From assembly GCA_942492125.1 (NCBI GenBank), contig CALODM010000026.1, forward strand, positions 169,545 through 233,544: a DNA stretch of 64,000 nt, in the 5' to 3' direction. Shown piece after piece: positions 17,779-27,601 of this stretch (position 1 is its first letter; the number at the start of each line of letters is the position of its first letter). The position numbers and the translations under genes were made by a program. The notes under the pieces are model-generated. The model was not told the DNA's origin. It saw nothing but the letters and a program-made list of their open reading frames with translations, and did not search any database. The stretch comes from an uncultured Bacteroidota bacterium. GTDB lineage: Bacteria; Bacteroidota; Bacteroidia; Chitinophagales; Saprospiraceae.

Positions 17779-19506
17779 ATGGCCTTAAAAAAAAATAACA
17801 GAAAAACTCAATCACTGATTCAAATTGCTTTGTTTACGGGGATTTTGATTTTCATCAATATTATGGCCAACGTTAGGTTCTCCAGCCGGTCCTTTTATAC
17901 CTATTTTGACCTCACCGAAGAAAAACGCTATTCTTTGACCGAAGGCACCACCAACCTGCTCAAGGAGCTGGAAGAAGAGATTTTTGTAGAGGTATTGCTG
18001 GAGGGGGATTTCCCTGCCGGGTTCAAACGCCTGCAAACCGCTGTACGGGACATGCTCGAAGATTTCCGTTCTGAATCCGGGTACATTGAATACAATTTTT
18101 TGGATCCCGGTGAGGGAAGTGTAAAGCAGATCAATGAACTTCGGGAAACCCTGGCAAAAGAAGGTATCATTCCCATAAGCCTTCGGTTAAAAGATGCCAG
18201 CAGCACTTCCAATCAATTGGTTTATCCCTATGCCGTTTTCCGTTATGGCAATAAATCGTGGGTAGTCAATTTGTTGGAAAATGAAGTCCCTGGCATGTCC
18301 AATGAGATTATCCTCAACAATTCTATTGGCTTGCTGGAGTACAAATTTGCCAGTGCCATAGCAAAATTAAAAAATAAAGAAGTACCTGTTATTGTTTTCA
18401 CTGAAGGGCATGGTGAATTAAGTCCTATAGAAACTGCCGACCTTGAAAAATCCTTATTGGAATACAATGAAACCGGTCGCATAAACCTCGATAGTATCGT
18501 GACCATTGGTGAGGAGGCAGACCTTTTGGTGGTAGCCAAACCACAATTCCCTTTTTCTGATAAGGATAAGTTCAAAATTGACCAATTTGTCATGAACGGC
18601 GGCAAGGTACTCTGGCTATTGGACCAGGTGGCTGTAACACTCGACAGTCTGCAGACCAGACCCAAATTTTTCCCGAATGCCTATGACCTGAACCTGGATG
18701 ACCTGTTGTTCAAATACGGCATCCGAATCCAAAAGAACCTTTTACTGGATATTCAATCGACCAAAATCCCCCTGGCAACGGGATTTGTGGGCAATGCTCC
18801 TCAACTGGACTATTTCCGCTATCCCTACCATTTGGTCATTACCCCGAGGAGTGATCACCCCATAGTCAAAAGTGTAGGACCGGTGAATATGTATTTTGCC
18901 AGCACTATTGATACGGACGTCCAGACTAAGTATGATGTTAAAAAAACGATTTTACTCACAACCTCCGCCAATTCAACTTACCAGCGCCTGCCCATTGAAA
19001 TGGATTTTGATTTTCTGAGGTATGAACTTGATCCCTCCAAGTATGACAAGGGACCTCAAACAGTAGCCATGCTGCTGGAAGGAAAATTTAATTCTCTTTA
19101 CGAAAACAGAGTGAGCCAGGAAATGATCAGCAACCTGAACAGCCTGGGGATCGAATTCAAAAAAGACGTTGATTACACCCAGATGATCGTCGTCTCAGAC
19201 GGAGACGTTATGAAAAACCAGATCAAAAGAGACGGAAAAACATATAGTCCTCTGGGTTGGAATGATTTTGAAAAGTACCGCTTTGCCAATAAAGACCTGA
19301 TGGTCAATATGATTGAATATATGCTCGATGACAGAGGCTTAATTGCAGCCAGAGGTAAAGATGTAAAGTTACGCCTGCTCGATACCGTAAAAGCCCAGGA
19401 AGAAGGTCAAAAATGGCAGTTCATCAACATAGGGCTACCCATCGTTTTTTTAACCCTGTTTGGCCTTGGTTATAATTGGTGGCGAAGGAGAAAATATGGA
19501 AGGTGA
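17779..19506 (+). CDS. gldG: Gliding-associated ABC-transporter auxiliary component GldG
   Basis: ATG 17779 gives MALKKNNRKTQSLIQIALFTGILIFINIMAN...FDLTEEKRYSLTEGT, the GldG/ABC_transp_aux N-terminal pattern. A C-terminal TM is present (FINIGLPIVFLTLFGLGYNWWRRR). Confidence 0.8.
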   Translation: MALKKNNRKTQSLIQIALFTGILIFINIMANVRFSSRSFYTYFDLTEEKRYSLTEGTTNLLKELEEEIFVEVLLEGDFPAGFKRLQTAVRDMLEDFRSESGYIEYNFLDPGEGSVKQINELRETLAKEGIIPISLRLKDASSTSNQLVYPYAVFRYGNKSWVVNLLENEVPGMSNEIILNNSIGLLEYKFASAIAKLKNKEVPVIVFTEGHGELSPIETADLEKSLLEYNETGRINLDSIVTIGEEADLLVVAKPQFPFSDKDKFKIDQFVMNGGKVLWLLDQVAVTLDSLQTRPKFFPNAYDLNLDDLLFKYGIRIQKNLLLDIQSTKIPLATGFVGNAPQLDYFRYPYHLVITPRSDHPIVKSVGPVNMYFASTIDTDVQTKYDVKKTILLTTSANSTYQRLPIEMDFDFLRYELDPSKYDKGPQTVAMLLEGKFNSLYENRVSQEMISNLNSLGIEFKKDVDYTQMIVVSDGDVMKNQIKRDGKTYSPLGWNDFEKYRFANKDLMVNMIEYMLDDRGLIAARGKDVKLRLLDTVKAQEEGQKWQFINIGLPIVFLTLFGLGYNWWRRRKYGR

Positions 19507-19595
19507 TGTAAATGGGAGATCGTCCACCGGTTTAGAAGAAAGCAGAAAACCATTAAAGTAATTCAGACAAAAGCTTAGCTAAAGATTTAAAAAGA

Positions 19596-20606
19596 ATGAA
19601 CAGAACATTTTTATACCTGATAATTTTTTTGGCGCTGGGTGGAGCTACCTGGTGGATGTTATCCGAAAGCGAAAAGGATGAAAAAACCAGTCTTTTGGGT
19701 GCTGACAGGAAGTTTAAAATAGAACAACCTGAAACCATTCAAAAAATATTCATTGCTGACCGAACAGGCAATAATACGACATTGGTTCGTAAAGGAACCG
19801 AATGGATCTACAACGATAAATACATCGCCCGCTCCAATGCAGTCGAAAACCTGCTGGATGCCATCACCAGAGTTCAAATCAAATACCAACCGCCACAACA
19901 GGCCGTTAAACACATGATCTCAAGCCTGGCCACCGAAGGAATTAAGGTGGAAATCTATGGAGATCAAGACAAACTCCTGAAATCCTATTACGTGGGTGGA
20001 TCAACCAGTGACGAACGCGGGACCTATATGATGATGGCCGATGCCAGTCAGCCATATGTAACCAATATTCCCAATTGGTCTGGTAATATCCGATTCCGCT
20101 ACAACCTCAAGGGAGACGACTGGCGGGACATTTCGATCTTTAAGTATAAAATAGAAAACATTGCCAAAGTGGAAGTCGAGTATCCAAAGCAGAGAAATAA
20201 ATCTTTTAAAATTATCCGGGAAGGGAAAGATTTTACGGTATCTCCTTTTTTTGACATTACCCCCAAGATCAATGAACCGCTGCCACAAGGGAAAATTGAG
20301 CAGTATCTCGTTAATTTTGAAAAGGTTTCTTCCAGGGGGTTTGATAACAAAAATGCTGAAAAGGATTCCATTTCCGGTACCATCCCCTTCTGTCGCATTG
20401 CTCTGGAAGATATAGATGGAAAAACCACCAATTTGGAAATGTTTCCCATTCAACCTGAAATTTCCTTTGACGAAAAAACGGGAGAGGCTTTACCCCTGGG
20501 CGAAGTACAAAACTATTACGCGGTGCTCAACGAAGAAGATTTCATTGTCGTAAGTCATAAAGTGATCAAAAACCTGCTCTGGGCATATGAATTTTTCTAT
20601 CAATAA
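19596..20606 (+). CDS. DUF4340 domain protein (usual GldG neighbour)
   Basis: 336 aa with an N-terminal TM (FLYLIIFLALGGATWW). Position immediately after gldG and the overall pattern are consistent with DUF4340. Confidence 0.6.
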   Translation: MNRTFLYLIIFLALGGATWWMLSESEKDEKTSLLGADRKFKIEQPETIQKIFIADRTGNNTTLVRKGTEWIYNDKYIARSNAVENLLDAITRVQIKYQPPQQAVKHMISSLATEGIKVEIYGDQDKLLKSYYVGGSTSDERGTYMMMADASQPYVTNIPNWSGNIRFRYNLKGDDWRDISIFKYKIENIAKVEVEYPKQRNKSFKIIREGKDFTVSPFFDITPKINEPLPQGKIEQYLVNFEKVSSRGFDNKNAEKDSISGTIPFCRIALEDIDGKTTNLEMFPIQPEISFDEKTGEALPLGEVQNYYAVLNEEDFIVVSHKVIKNLLWAYEFFYQ

Positions 20607-21846
20607 ACCGATCGTTTTATTTCTGATTTGCTTTGCCGCAATCCTGGTCAGTTCAGGTTTCGTTTCCGAGAATTCAGATTGGGGTTTTTTTGGTCACCGG
20701 CGAATAAACCGCCTGGCGGTATTCACCCTGCCCCCGGAAATGACTATTTTTTACAGGGAACATCTCGAGTATGTCACCGAACATGCCGTTGATCCTGACA
20801 AACGCCGGTATGCAGTCAAGGGCGAAGACATCAAACACTATATCGATATTGACCATTGGGGTACTTTCCCCTTTGATAATGTTCCGAGGGACTGGACAGA
20901 TGCACTCATGCAATACACAACCATTTATGGTGTAAACAGAGATGGTGATACCTTACAACTGGAAAAGGAAATCAAAACAGCCAATAATGATGCGGGACTG
21001 GTATATCTTCGGGATCATAATTCAGGAGAAGAATGGACCATCAATAAAAAACAATATCGGGATTTCTTCCGTAACAACATACAACCCTTATATGGTGAGG
21101 AGGAACCCTGGACTTTAAGCAGTGACAGCCTGAACACCGTTCTGAAACACAAAGACGACTTCACAAATGTCTGGGCGGTAGATCACTTTTCGGAATACGG
21201 CATATTGCCCTATAACCTGTTGTGGATGAAAAACCGGTTGACCAAAGCTTTTGCCAACAAGGATGTCAATAACATACTGAGGCTTTCTTCAGACATTGGC
21301 CATTACATTGGCGACGCTCACGTCCCTTTACACACTACAGAAAATTATAACGGACAATTGACGAACCAGGTAGGTATCCATGCTTTTTGGGAAAGTCGCT
21401 TACCCGAATTATTCGCAGATGAAGAATATGATTTCTTTGTCGGAAAGGCAACATATATCGAAAACCCAAAGGCTTACTTTTGGGAGGTTGTATTGGCAAG
21501 TCATTCGTTACTGGATAGTGTCTTGACTATTGAAAAATCCCTGAGTCTCTCCTACCCCAGCGATCAGCAATTTTGCTTCGAAGAACGATTGGGTATAGTT
21601 GTCAGAACCCAATGTAAGGCATATGCCCGGACCTACCATGACCAGATGTCAGGAATGGTAGAAACAAGAATGCGTGATGCCATCCATTCTGTGGGTAATA
21701 TTTGGTATACCTGCTGGGTAGATGCCGGACAGCCCAATCTGAGAGATCTCGTTGTCAGCCCATTATCCCGGGAAGAGCAAAAGGCACAGGAAGCTTTGGA
21801 AGCCAAATACAAGGCAGGTGTCCATATTGGCAGAAAACATGAATAG
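20587..21846 (+). CDS. Zinc-dependent phospholipase C / S1-P1 nuclease-like superfamily protein
   Basis: 419 aa. After the signal sequence comes WGFFGHRRINRLA. Later motifs are HYIDIDHW and GHYIGDAHVPLHTTENYNG, which are His/Asp zinc ligands of this fold. Confidence 0.65.
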   Translation: MNFSINKPIVLFLICFAAILVSSGFVSENSDWGFFGHRRINRLAVFTLPPEMTIFYREHLEYVTEHAVDPDKRRYAVKGEDIKHYIDIDHWGTFPFDNVPRDWTDALMQYTTIYGVNRDGDTLQLEKEIKTANNDAGLVYLRDHNSGEEWTINKKQYRDFFRNNIQPLYGEEEPWTLSSDSLNTVLKHKDDFTNVWAVDHFSEYGILPYNLLWMKNRLTKAFANKDVNNILRLSSDIGHYIGDAHVPLHTTENYNGQLTNQVGIHAFWESRLPELFADEEYDFFVGKATYIENPKAYFWEVVLASHSLLDSVLTIEKSLSLSYPSDQQFCFEERLGIVVRTQCKAYARTYHDQMSGMVETRMRDAIHSVGNIWYTCWVDAGQPNLRDLVVSPLSREEQKAQEALEAKYKAGVHIGRKHE

Positions 21847-21850
21847 GCTT

Positions 21851-22432
21851 TCACACCAGGTTCATAAAAGAAAAACAAAGGAAGCCCGCCACAGCAAGGT
21901 AGCCATTAAGTTTTTCCCGCAGAATTTTCAATGCTTTGCCCATTTGATTCTCTACGGTTTTGATAGAAATATCCAGTTTTTCAGCTATTTCCTTATAGGT
22001 TAATTCTTCAAAACGGCTCAACTGAAAAACGACACGGCACCGTGGAGGCAAGCCATCAATAGCGTGGGTAATCCTGTCCTTGAGCTCCGCATATAAAAAT
22101 TGCTCTTCTGTCCCTGTGTCCATGCCTTCATGCAGTCCGGGATTCAATTCATCGATTTGCGTTTTTTTATTTTTCCTGATATGACCCAATGCTTCATTGA
22201 TGGCCATGCGCCGAAGGTAAGCGGGAAGGGATTGGGTAATGTTTAACTGATGCCGTTTATTCCATAGCCTGATAAAAACTTCCTGGGCGAGATCTTCCGT
22301 TAAGGGTTGATCATTAACGAAACGATAGATCGTTTTACAGACCATCGGGTAATGATCGTGAAAAAGATCTTTCATAAAGGCCTTATCATCTGACCGAAGC
22401 CTTAACAATATTTCATTCGTTTCGTCTGACAT
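21851..22432 (-). CDS. ECF-type RNA polymerase sigma-70 factor
   Basis: 193 aa. Region 2 is DLAQEVFIRLW and region 4 is FEELTYKEIAEKLDISIKTVENQMGKALKILR. It ends with a hydrophobic tail, GYLAVAGFLCFSFMNLV. Confidence 0.85.
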   Translation of the reverse strand: MSDETNEILLRLRSDDKAFMKDLFHDHYPMVCKTIYRFVNDQPLTEDLAQEVFIRLWNKRHQLNITQSLPAYLRRMAINEALGHIRKNKKTQIDELNPGLHEGMDTGTEEQFLYAELKDRITHAIDGLPPRCRVVFQLSRFEELTYKEIAEKLDISIKTVENQMGKALKILREKLNGYLAVAGFLCFSFMNLV

Positions 22433-23064
22433 CAGGTTTTAGCTAATCCTCAATTTGCAAGGATAAAGGTAATTACAATATTTTAAAGAACACCTTCGAC
22501 CAAGTATCGGTTTTGTTAGAGGAAAGTTAACAGCTGATCAGAATTTCCTGGTAATTGCAAATCAATCTTTTTGCCAAAGCATTGGAATATTGGAAAATGG
22601 AAATAAAACAGTTCTGTTCCTCTACCACCCTTCTCCCGACACATTGTGCCTGCATGGCGTTGCCAAGAAGACAGGAAAGGGATCGTGGACATTTTTCCTT
22701 ATGATTCAGCTTTTCGTTGCCTGAAATTTTAATAATACCCCTAAAATTTCAACCATACGCCAATATGAAACATCCCGGATTTAGCTATTTAAAGCCCTGG
22801 GGATAAACTGTTGTTCCTTAAGCATTGAAAATCAATTTATTGCGAGTTGGTGGGTTAGGAGATAAAGACCGCGTATTCCGCTTGACATAATCATAAAATC
22901 CACTTAAAATCATTGATAATGAGTCGATTATGTTTTGTCTGAAAATTGGGGAATGACTCCTGTTTCCGGGTTTGGCGATCACGATAGTTTAATTTTCCCC
23001 GGTAAAAAAGTTTAAACCTTCCCGCAAAATAGCGTCCTTTGCACTTTTACATCTAAGTATTTTC

Positions 23065-23925
23065 ATGAAAGACGTCAGCGAGTTATTAGACCTTTTAGAC
23101 CTGGAACAATTGGAATACAATTTGTTCCGGGGACAAAGTAGCAGCATTGGGAGCAAAAGAGTCTTTGGTGGTCAGGTATTGGCCCAATCTCTGAGTGCGG
23201 CGATGCAAACAGTCCCGAACGACCGTTTTGTACATTCCCTCCATGCTTACTTCATTCTTCCCGGGGATATTTCCGTACCCATTGTTTTTGATGTGGAACC
23301 TATCCGCGACGGCGGGAGTTTTACTACCCGCAGGGTTAAGGCCATCCAGAAGGGACAAGTCATATTAAACTTTGCTGCCTCCTTCCAGTTGCGGCAGGAA
23401 GGATACGACCATCAGATTAAAATGCCTGAGATCACGCCTCCGGAAGAGTTGGAGAACTGGCAGGGTCTGGCCAAGGAATTCGGGGAACTGCTGCCTGAAA
23501 ATTTTCGAAAATTCCTGGATCGCGACCGCCCGATAGAATTCAAACCTGTAGAGCGTTTCAATCCCTTTTCGGACAATAAATCCGGACCATTCCGACACGT
23601 CTGGATCAAAGCCAAGGGAACAATCCCGGAGAAGCAAAGACTACAGAACCTTGTCCTGGCGTATGCATCAGATTACAACTTACTCACCACTGCTCTGCTG
23701 CCCCATGGACAATTGGCCAACTGGCAGGAATTAACGCTGGCTAGCCTGGACCATGCGATGTGGTTCCACAGGCCCTGTAACCTCAATGAATGGATGTTGT
23801 ATGAAACCGACAGCCCAAGTGCTTCAGGCGCAAGGGGATTTAGCAGGGGAAATATTTTTTCCAGAGACGGAAAACTCGTGGCATCTGTTGTTCAGGAAGG
23901 ACTGATCCGTCCTAAGCGGAAATAA
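23065..23925 (+). CDS. tesB: Acyl-CoA thioesterase II
   Basis: 286 aa. LLDLLDLEQLEYNLFRGQS...VFGGQVLAQSL...HSLHAYFILPGD is the canonical TesB double hot-dog N-terminal pattern. Confidence 0.9.
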   Translation: MKDVSELLDLLDLEQLEYNLFRGQSSSIGSKRVFGGQVLAQSLSAAMQTVPNDRFVHSLHAYFILPGDISVPIVFDVEPIRDGGSFTTRRVKAIQKGQVILNFAASFQLRQEGYDHQIKMPEITPPEELENWQGLAKEFGELLPENFRKFLDRDRPIEFKPVERFNPFSDNKSGPFRHVWIKAKGTIPEKQRLQNLVLAYASDYNLLTTALLPHGQLANWQELTLASLDHAMWFHRPCNLNEWMLYETDSPSASGARGFSRGNIFSRDGKLVASVVQEGLIRPKRK

Positions 23926-24150
23926 AAAAATACTGATGGTCGAACATTTACCACAGATAGGGTGCGTTTTTTTACCGAAAATTTCAGACCAACGCCAAAC
24001 CTGATTTTCCAATAGCGTCAAACAGAGCTTTGCGTCATTCCCTATTGTAGGTCGGGATAGCTTTGAAACAAGATCACCCTCAAAGAAGATCGTTTAAAAG
24101 GGGCAAAGCCCGCAATAAATAAGAGTACATTCAGCAGACTGTAACGAAAG

Positions 24151-24190
24151 AAACCCGCTATAAACTGTATTTTATAGCGGGTTTCCTTTT
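24151..24190 (-). terminator. Rho-independent terminator downstream of rpsU
   Basis: AAACCCGCTATAAA-ctgt...-TTTATAGCGGGTTT, a 14-bp stem with T/A runs on both sides, located 21 nt past the rpsU stop. Confidence 0.8.
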
Positions 24191-24210
24191 TCTCTCGAAA
24201 AAGTGATTAT

Positions 24211-24399
24211 CTATTCAGCACCGTATTTCTTCTGACGATAGGCAGCCTTAAGCATTTCACTACGACGTTTGATAGAAGGCTTGGTAAACTCCTTCCGGTC
24301 ACGCAATTGACGCATCAAACGTGTGCTTTGATACTTACGCTTGTATCTTTTAAGCGCCTTGTCAATGTTTTCGGTTTCTTTAACTTCAATAATTAACAT
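24211..24399 (-). CDS. rpsU: 30S ribosomal protein S21
   Basis: 62 aa, MLIIEVKETENIDKALKRYKRKYQSTRLMRQLRDRKEFTKPSIKRR, a textbook S21 sequence. Confidence 0.95.
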   Translation of the reverse strand: MLIIEVKETENIDKALKRYKRKYQSTRLMRQLRDRKEFTKPSIKRRSEMLKAAYRQKKYGAE

Positions 24400-24524
24400 A
24401 AATTTTTAATTTTTGGACTGCAAAGATAAAAGTATTTTTTTGAATCATAAAAATATTTTTGGAAAAATATTTTCATCAAAATAAGTTAATTTGGAGCAGT
24501 GTAAAACAATAAAAGGCCGGTTTC

Positions 24525-25356
24525 ATGATGGTATTCAGATTTTTGGGTTGGGTTGTATTGGTAGCTTTATTAACGGTAATTTCTCAGGTGGGAGGAATAA
24601 TGCTGTTATGTTGTATTCCCGTTTTTAGATTTTTGAAAAAGCGATTCCCTGAAAGACCATTCCGGCACGCTTTAAATACCGGCGTATTCCTGGGGGTTTA
24701 CCTGTCTTTTTCTCTATTATTACTACCGTCCCTGGCAGCACTTTTTGACAGGGTCCCCTTACCGGTATCCAGTAATCATCAATTAAAACCTTTAAACTAT
24801 GTTACCTGTTTTTTAAACCGTCACTATGTTGATCCTCAATTAAAAACAACCCTGGAGCAGATTGCCGGGCAGATGAATGATAAATATCCCGGAACTGTTG
24901 TAGCCTACCTGGACGCGAATTTCCCGCTATTCGACAATTTCCCGCTAATCCCTCACCTAAGTCATGATGATGGGAAAAAGGTTGATCTTGCTTTTTTTTA
25001 TATTGATAAAAAATCAGATCAGCCTATAACCAGGAGTGCTCCTTCTTTTATTGGTTATGGCGTTTTTGAAGACCCTTTACCCGGCGAATCGGATTATCCT
25101 GCCCAGTGTGCAGACAAAGGGATACTGGCAGTATGGTTTTATGGAAAGGATCGTCCCTCAGGGGGGAAAGAAAAAAATGAAACTCGACCAAAACAGAACT
25201 GCCGCGCTGATCAAATCATTGGCCAGCCATGCAAATGTCAAAAAAATATTCCTGGAACCCCATTTAAAAGAAAGGTTGAACCTGACTTCAGGCAAGATAA
25301 GATACCATGGTTGTCATGCTGTCAGACATGACGACCACATTCATATACAGCTTTAA
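24525..25356 (+). pseudogene. LAS-type (MepA/M74-like) zinc metallopeptidase-like membrane protein, interrupted by a +1 frameshift
   Basis: Frame 0 (24525-) carries the TM N-terminus and the HLSHDDGKKVDL motif, then becomes low-complexity junk. Frame 1 (25036-25356) carries a well-formed C-terminus, LDQNRTAALIKSL...HGCHAVRHDDHIHIQL (the HxH motif). The switch must lie between about 25107 and 25178, a stretch that includes a G6 run (25161-25166) and an A7 run (25171-25177). Confidence 0.65.
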
Positions 25357-25504
25357 GAATCAAGGGTTATTTTTTTGGCTCAGGAAAAGAATATAAAGAG
25401 TACCTTTAAAAATGTCATTTTATCAATTCCTTAAAAACCGTATTCAATGCTAAACCTTCTGGAAAGCCGGATGTGGGATGGACTTAACACTTGAATGGCA
25501 TAAT

Positions 25505-27160
25505 CTACTTTTTGATGAATTGCTCAAATTCCGCTACTCCTTTTGCATTCAGACAAGCCTCTGCTGTCAGCCCTCCCTTCCTTGCGGAAAACACGCCAAA
25601 TTCAATATCGTGAATGCCTTCCCGGCTATGTGCATCAGGGTTAACTGAGATCAAAATGCCTTTTTCCAGTGCATAGGGGATCCATTGCCAATCGAGATCA
25701 AGCCGGTAAGGATTGGCATTGATTTCGATGGAAACACCATTAGCGGCGCAGGCGTCAATCACTTTTTTATGATCGATGGGATATCCCTGCCTGGACAACA
25801 ACAGTCTTCCGGTCGGATGTCCCAGGATCGTGGTATAGGGGTTTTCAATGGCTGTGATCAAACGCTGGGTTGCTTTTGCTTCATCCATGCGCAAATTGGA
25901 GTGCACAGAAGCGATGATAAAATCAAAAGCGGCCAGCAAATCATCTTCATAATCCAGGGAACCATCATTCAGAATATCACTTTCAATGCCTTTGAAAATC
26001 CGGAAGGGTGCCAATTCTGCATTGAGCTGGTCGATCTCTTCAAATTGTTGTAAAACACGCTCGGGTTGTAATCCATTAGCGTAAAAGGCTGACCTGGAGT
26101 GGTCTGTCATGGCCAGATATTCAAACCCTTGCGCTTTCGTATATGCTGCCATTTCCCTCAACGTATTCAGGCCATCACTATACGTGCTGTGTGCATGAAC
26201 CACTCCTTTTATATCTGAAGTTTCGATCAATTTGGGCAAACTGTTTTTCCCGGCAAGCTCCAGTGCCCAGTCCGAATCTCTCAACTCAGGTGCAATAAAA
26301 GGTAAACCGACTTTTTCAAACACTGCTGCTTCCGTGGGTAAACCTTTAAAGTCCTGGCCCGGGAATTGTTCCAAAAAGGCCTTCAAAAAATCCTGTCCGG
26401 CAGCGTACCTGAATTGTTTGGAGCCAAATTCAGCCGGAGAGCATTGGTAAATTTTTACCGGAATTCCATTAGGGGTTTGATGCGTAAATCCGGAAGAATT
26501 ATCTTCCAGTAACTGTAAGTCCGGAAGGAGGGCAGCTATATCAAGGGGTTCATCCTGCGCCACCAACAATTCTATCCCGTGAACGACATTACATTTCCGC
26601 CTCACTTCTCCCGTCAGAGCCACCTGGGTACCAGGCATCGCTCGTTCAATGGTCGGCAACAAGTCCTCAGCAGCCTTTATCACGGCTGCCAGGTGAAATT
26701 TATTTTTGGACCGCTGAAAGTATTCCAGCTGTTCTTTGAGGTTATCCTGAGTCTTTTTCCCAAAACCTTTGAGATCCACCAGCCTGTTTTCATTTACGGC
26801 ATATAGCAGTTCCCCCACACTTTCCACCCCGAGCTCATCCCAGATGTTTTTTATTTTTTTAGGCCCAAAACCTTTGATCTCGAGCATCTCCAGAATGCCG
26901 GCAGGTGTTTTTTCTTTGTAGCGCTCGAGGGTACTCATTTTCCCCACAGAAAGCAATTCTTCAATTTTCCCCGAGATGGCTTTGCCTATACCCGGTAAAG
27001 CATTGATTTCTGCTGCTGACATTTCGGAAAGGGGCTGATCCAGTTTCCTCAATCGCATATAGGCGTTTTGATAAGATCTTATCTTGAATTTATTTTCATC
27101 GTACAATTCCATTATTTTCCCTAACAACTGGAATGATTTTGCAACATCTTTATTGGTCAT
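25505..27160 (-). CDS. Family X DNA polymerase with C-terminal PHP domain (PolX)
   Basis: 551 aa. The N-terminal HhH part is KFKIRSYQNAY...LPGIGKAISGKIEEL...IKGFGPKKI. The PHP part is GVVHAHSTYSDG...MTDHS...ASVH...LGHP...NPDAHS. Confidence 0.85.
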   Translation of the reverse strand: MTNKDVAKSFQLLGKIMELYDENKFKIRSYQNAYMRLRKLDQPLSEMSAAEINALPGIGKAISGKIEELLSVGKMSTLERYKEKTPAGILEMLEIKGFGPKKIKNIWDELGVESVGELLYAVNENRLVDLKGFGKKTQDNLKEQLEYFQRSKNKFHLAAVIKAAEDLLPTIERAMPGTQVALTGEVRRKCNVVHGIELLVAQDEPLDIAALLPDLQLLEDNSSGFTHQTPNGIPVKIYQCSPAEFGSKQFRYAAGQDFLKAFLEQFPGQDFKGLPTEAAVFEKVGLPFIAPELRDSDWALELAGKNSLPKLIETSDIKGVVHAHSTYSDGLNTLREMAAYTKAQGFEYLAMTDHSRSAFYANGLQPERVLQQFEEIDQLNAELAPFRIFKGIESDILNDGSLDYEDDLLAAFDFIIASVHSNLRMDEAKATQRLITAIENPYTTILGHPTGRLLLSRQGYPIDHKKVIDACAANGVSIEINANPYRLDLDWQWIPYALEKGILISVNPDAHSREGIHDIEFGVFSARKGGLTAEACLNAKGVAEFEQFIKK

Positions 27161-27186
27161 AATGAATAACAGCTTTTAAAAATCAA

Positions 27187-27591
27187 TCAATCTAAAAACC
27201 TAGATTTCCACTCGGGCTTAGGTATCATACAGCTCTCCCGCTTGCCAAACATGCGGTACCTGTTTGTGGCAATAAAACCATATACCGCATCCCGCACAGG
27301 TCTGGGAATTGCGATAAACACAAACAAAAAACGCCACCAGCCATCAAGGTTACGGGCCACCCGCAAGGCAGCAGTGGATTTGGTAAATACCCGACCATCC
27401 TCTATCAAAACAAAGGAATTATAATCATCCGTGGGCAAATCGAATCTTTCAAGCAACCCCCTGCCAGTATCGGATTGGAGGGAGGCGAACTTATAAAAAG
27501 CCGCCTTGTCCCGTTTCAAAACAAACTGGACACTGCTATTGCATAAATTGCATACCCCGTCAAATAATATAATGAACTCTCTTTCTGCCAT
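27187..27591 (-). CDS. DCC-family thiol-disulfide oxidoreductase (DUF393)
   Basis: 134 aa with ILFDGVCNLCNSSVQFVLKRD, the DCC motif. Confidence 0.85.
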   Translation of the reverse strand: MAEREFIILFDGVCNLCNSSVQFVLKRDKAAFYKFASLQSDTGRGLLERFDLPTDDYNSFVLIEDGRVFTKSTAALRVARNLDGWWRFLFVFIAIPRPVRDAVYGFIATNRYRMFGKRESCMIPKPEWKSRFLD

Positions 27592-27601
27592 TCAACGTAT
27601 T

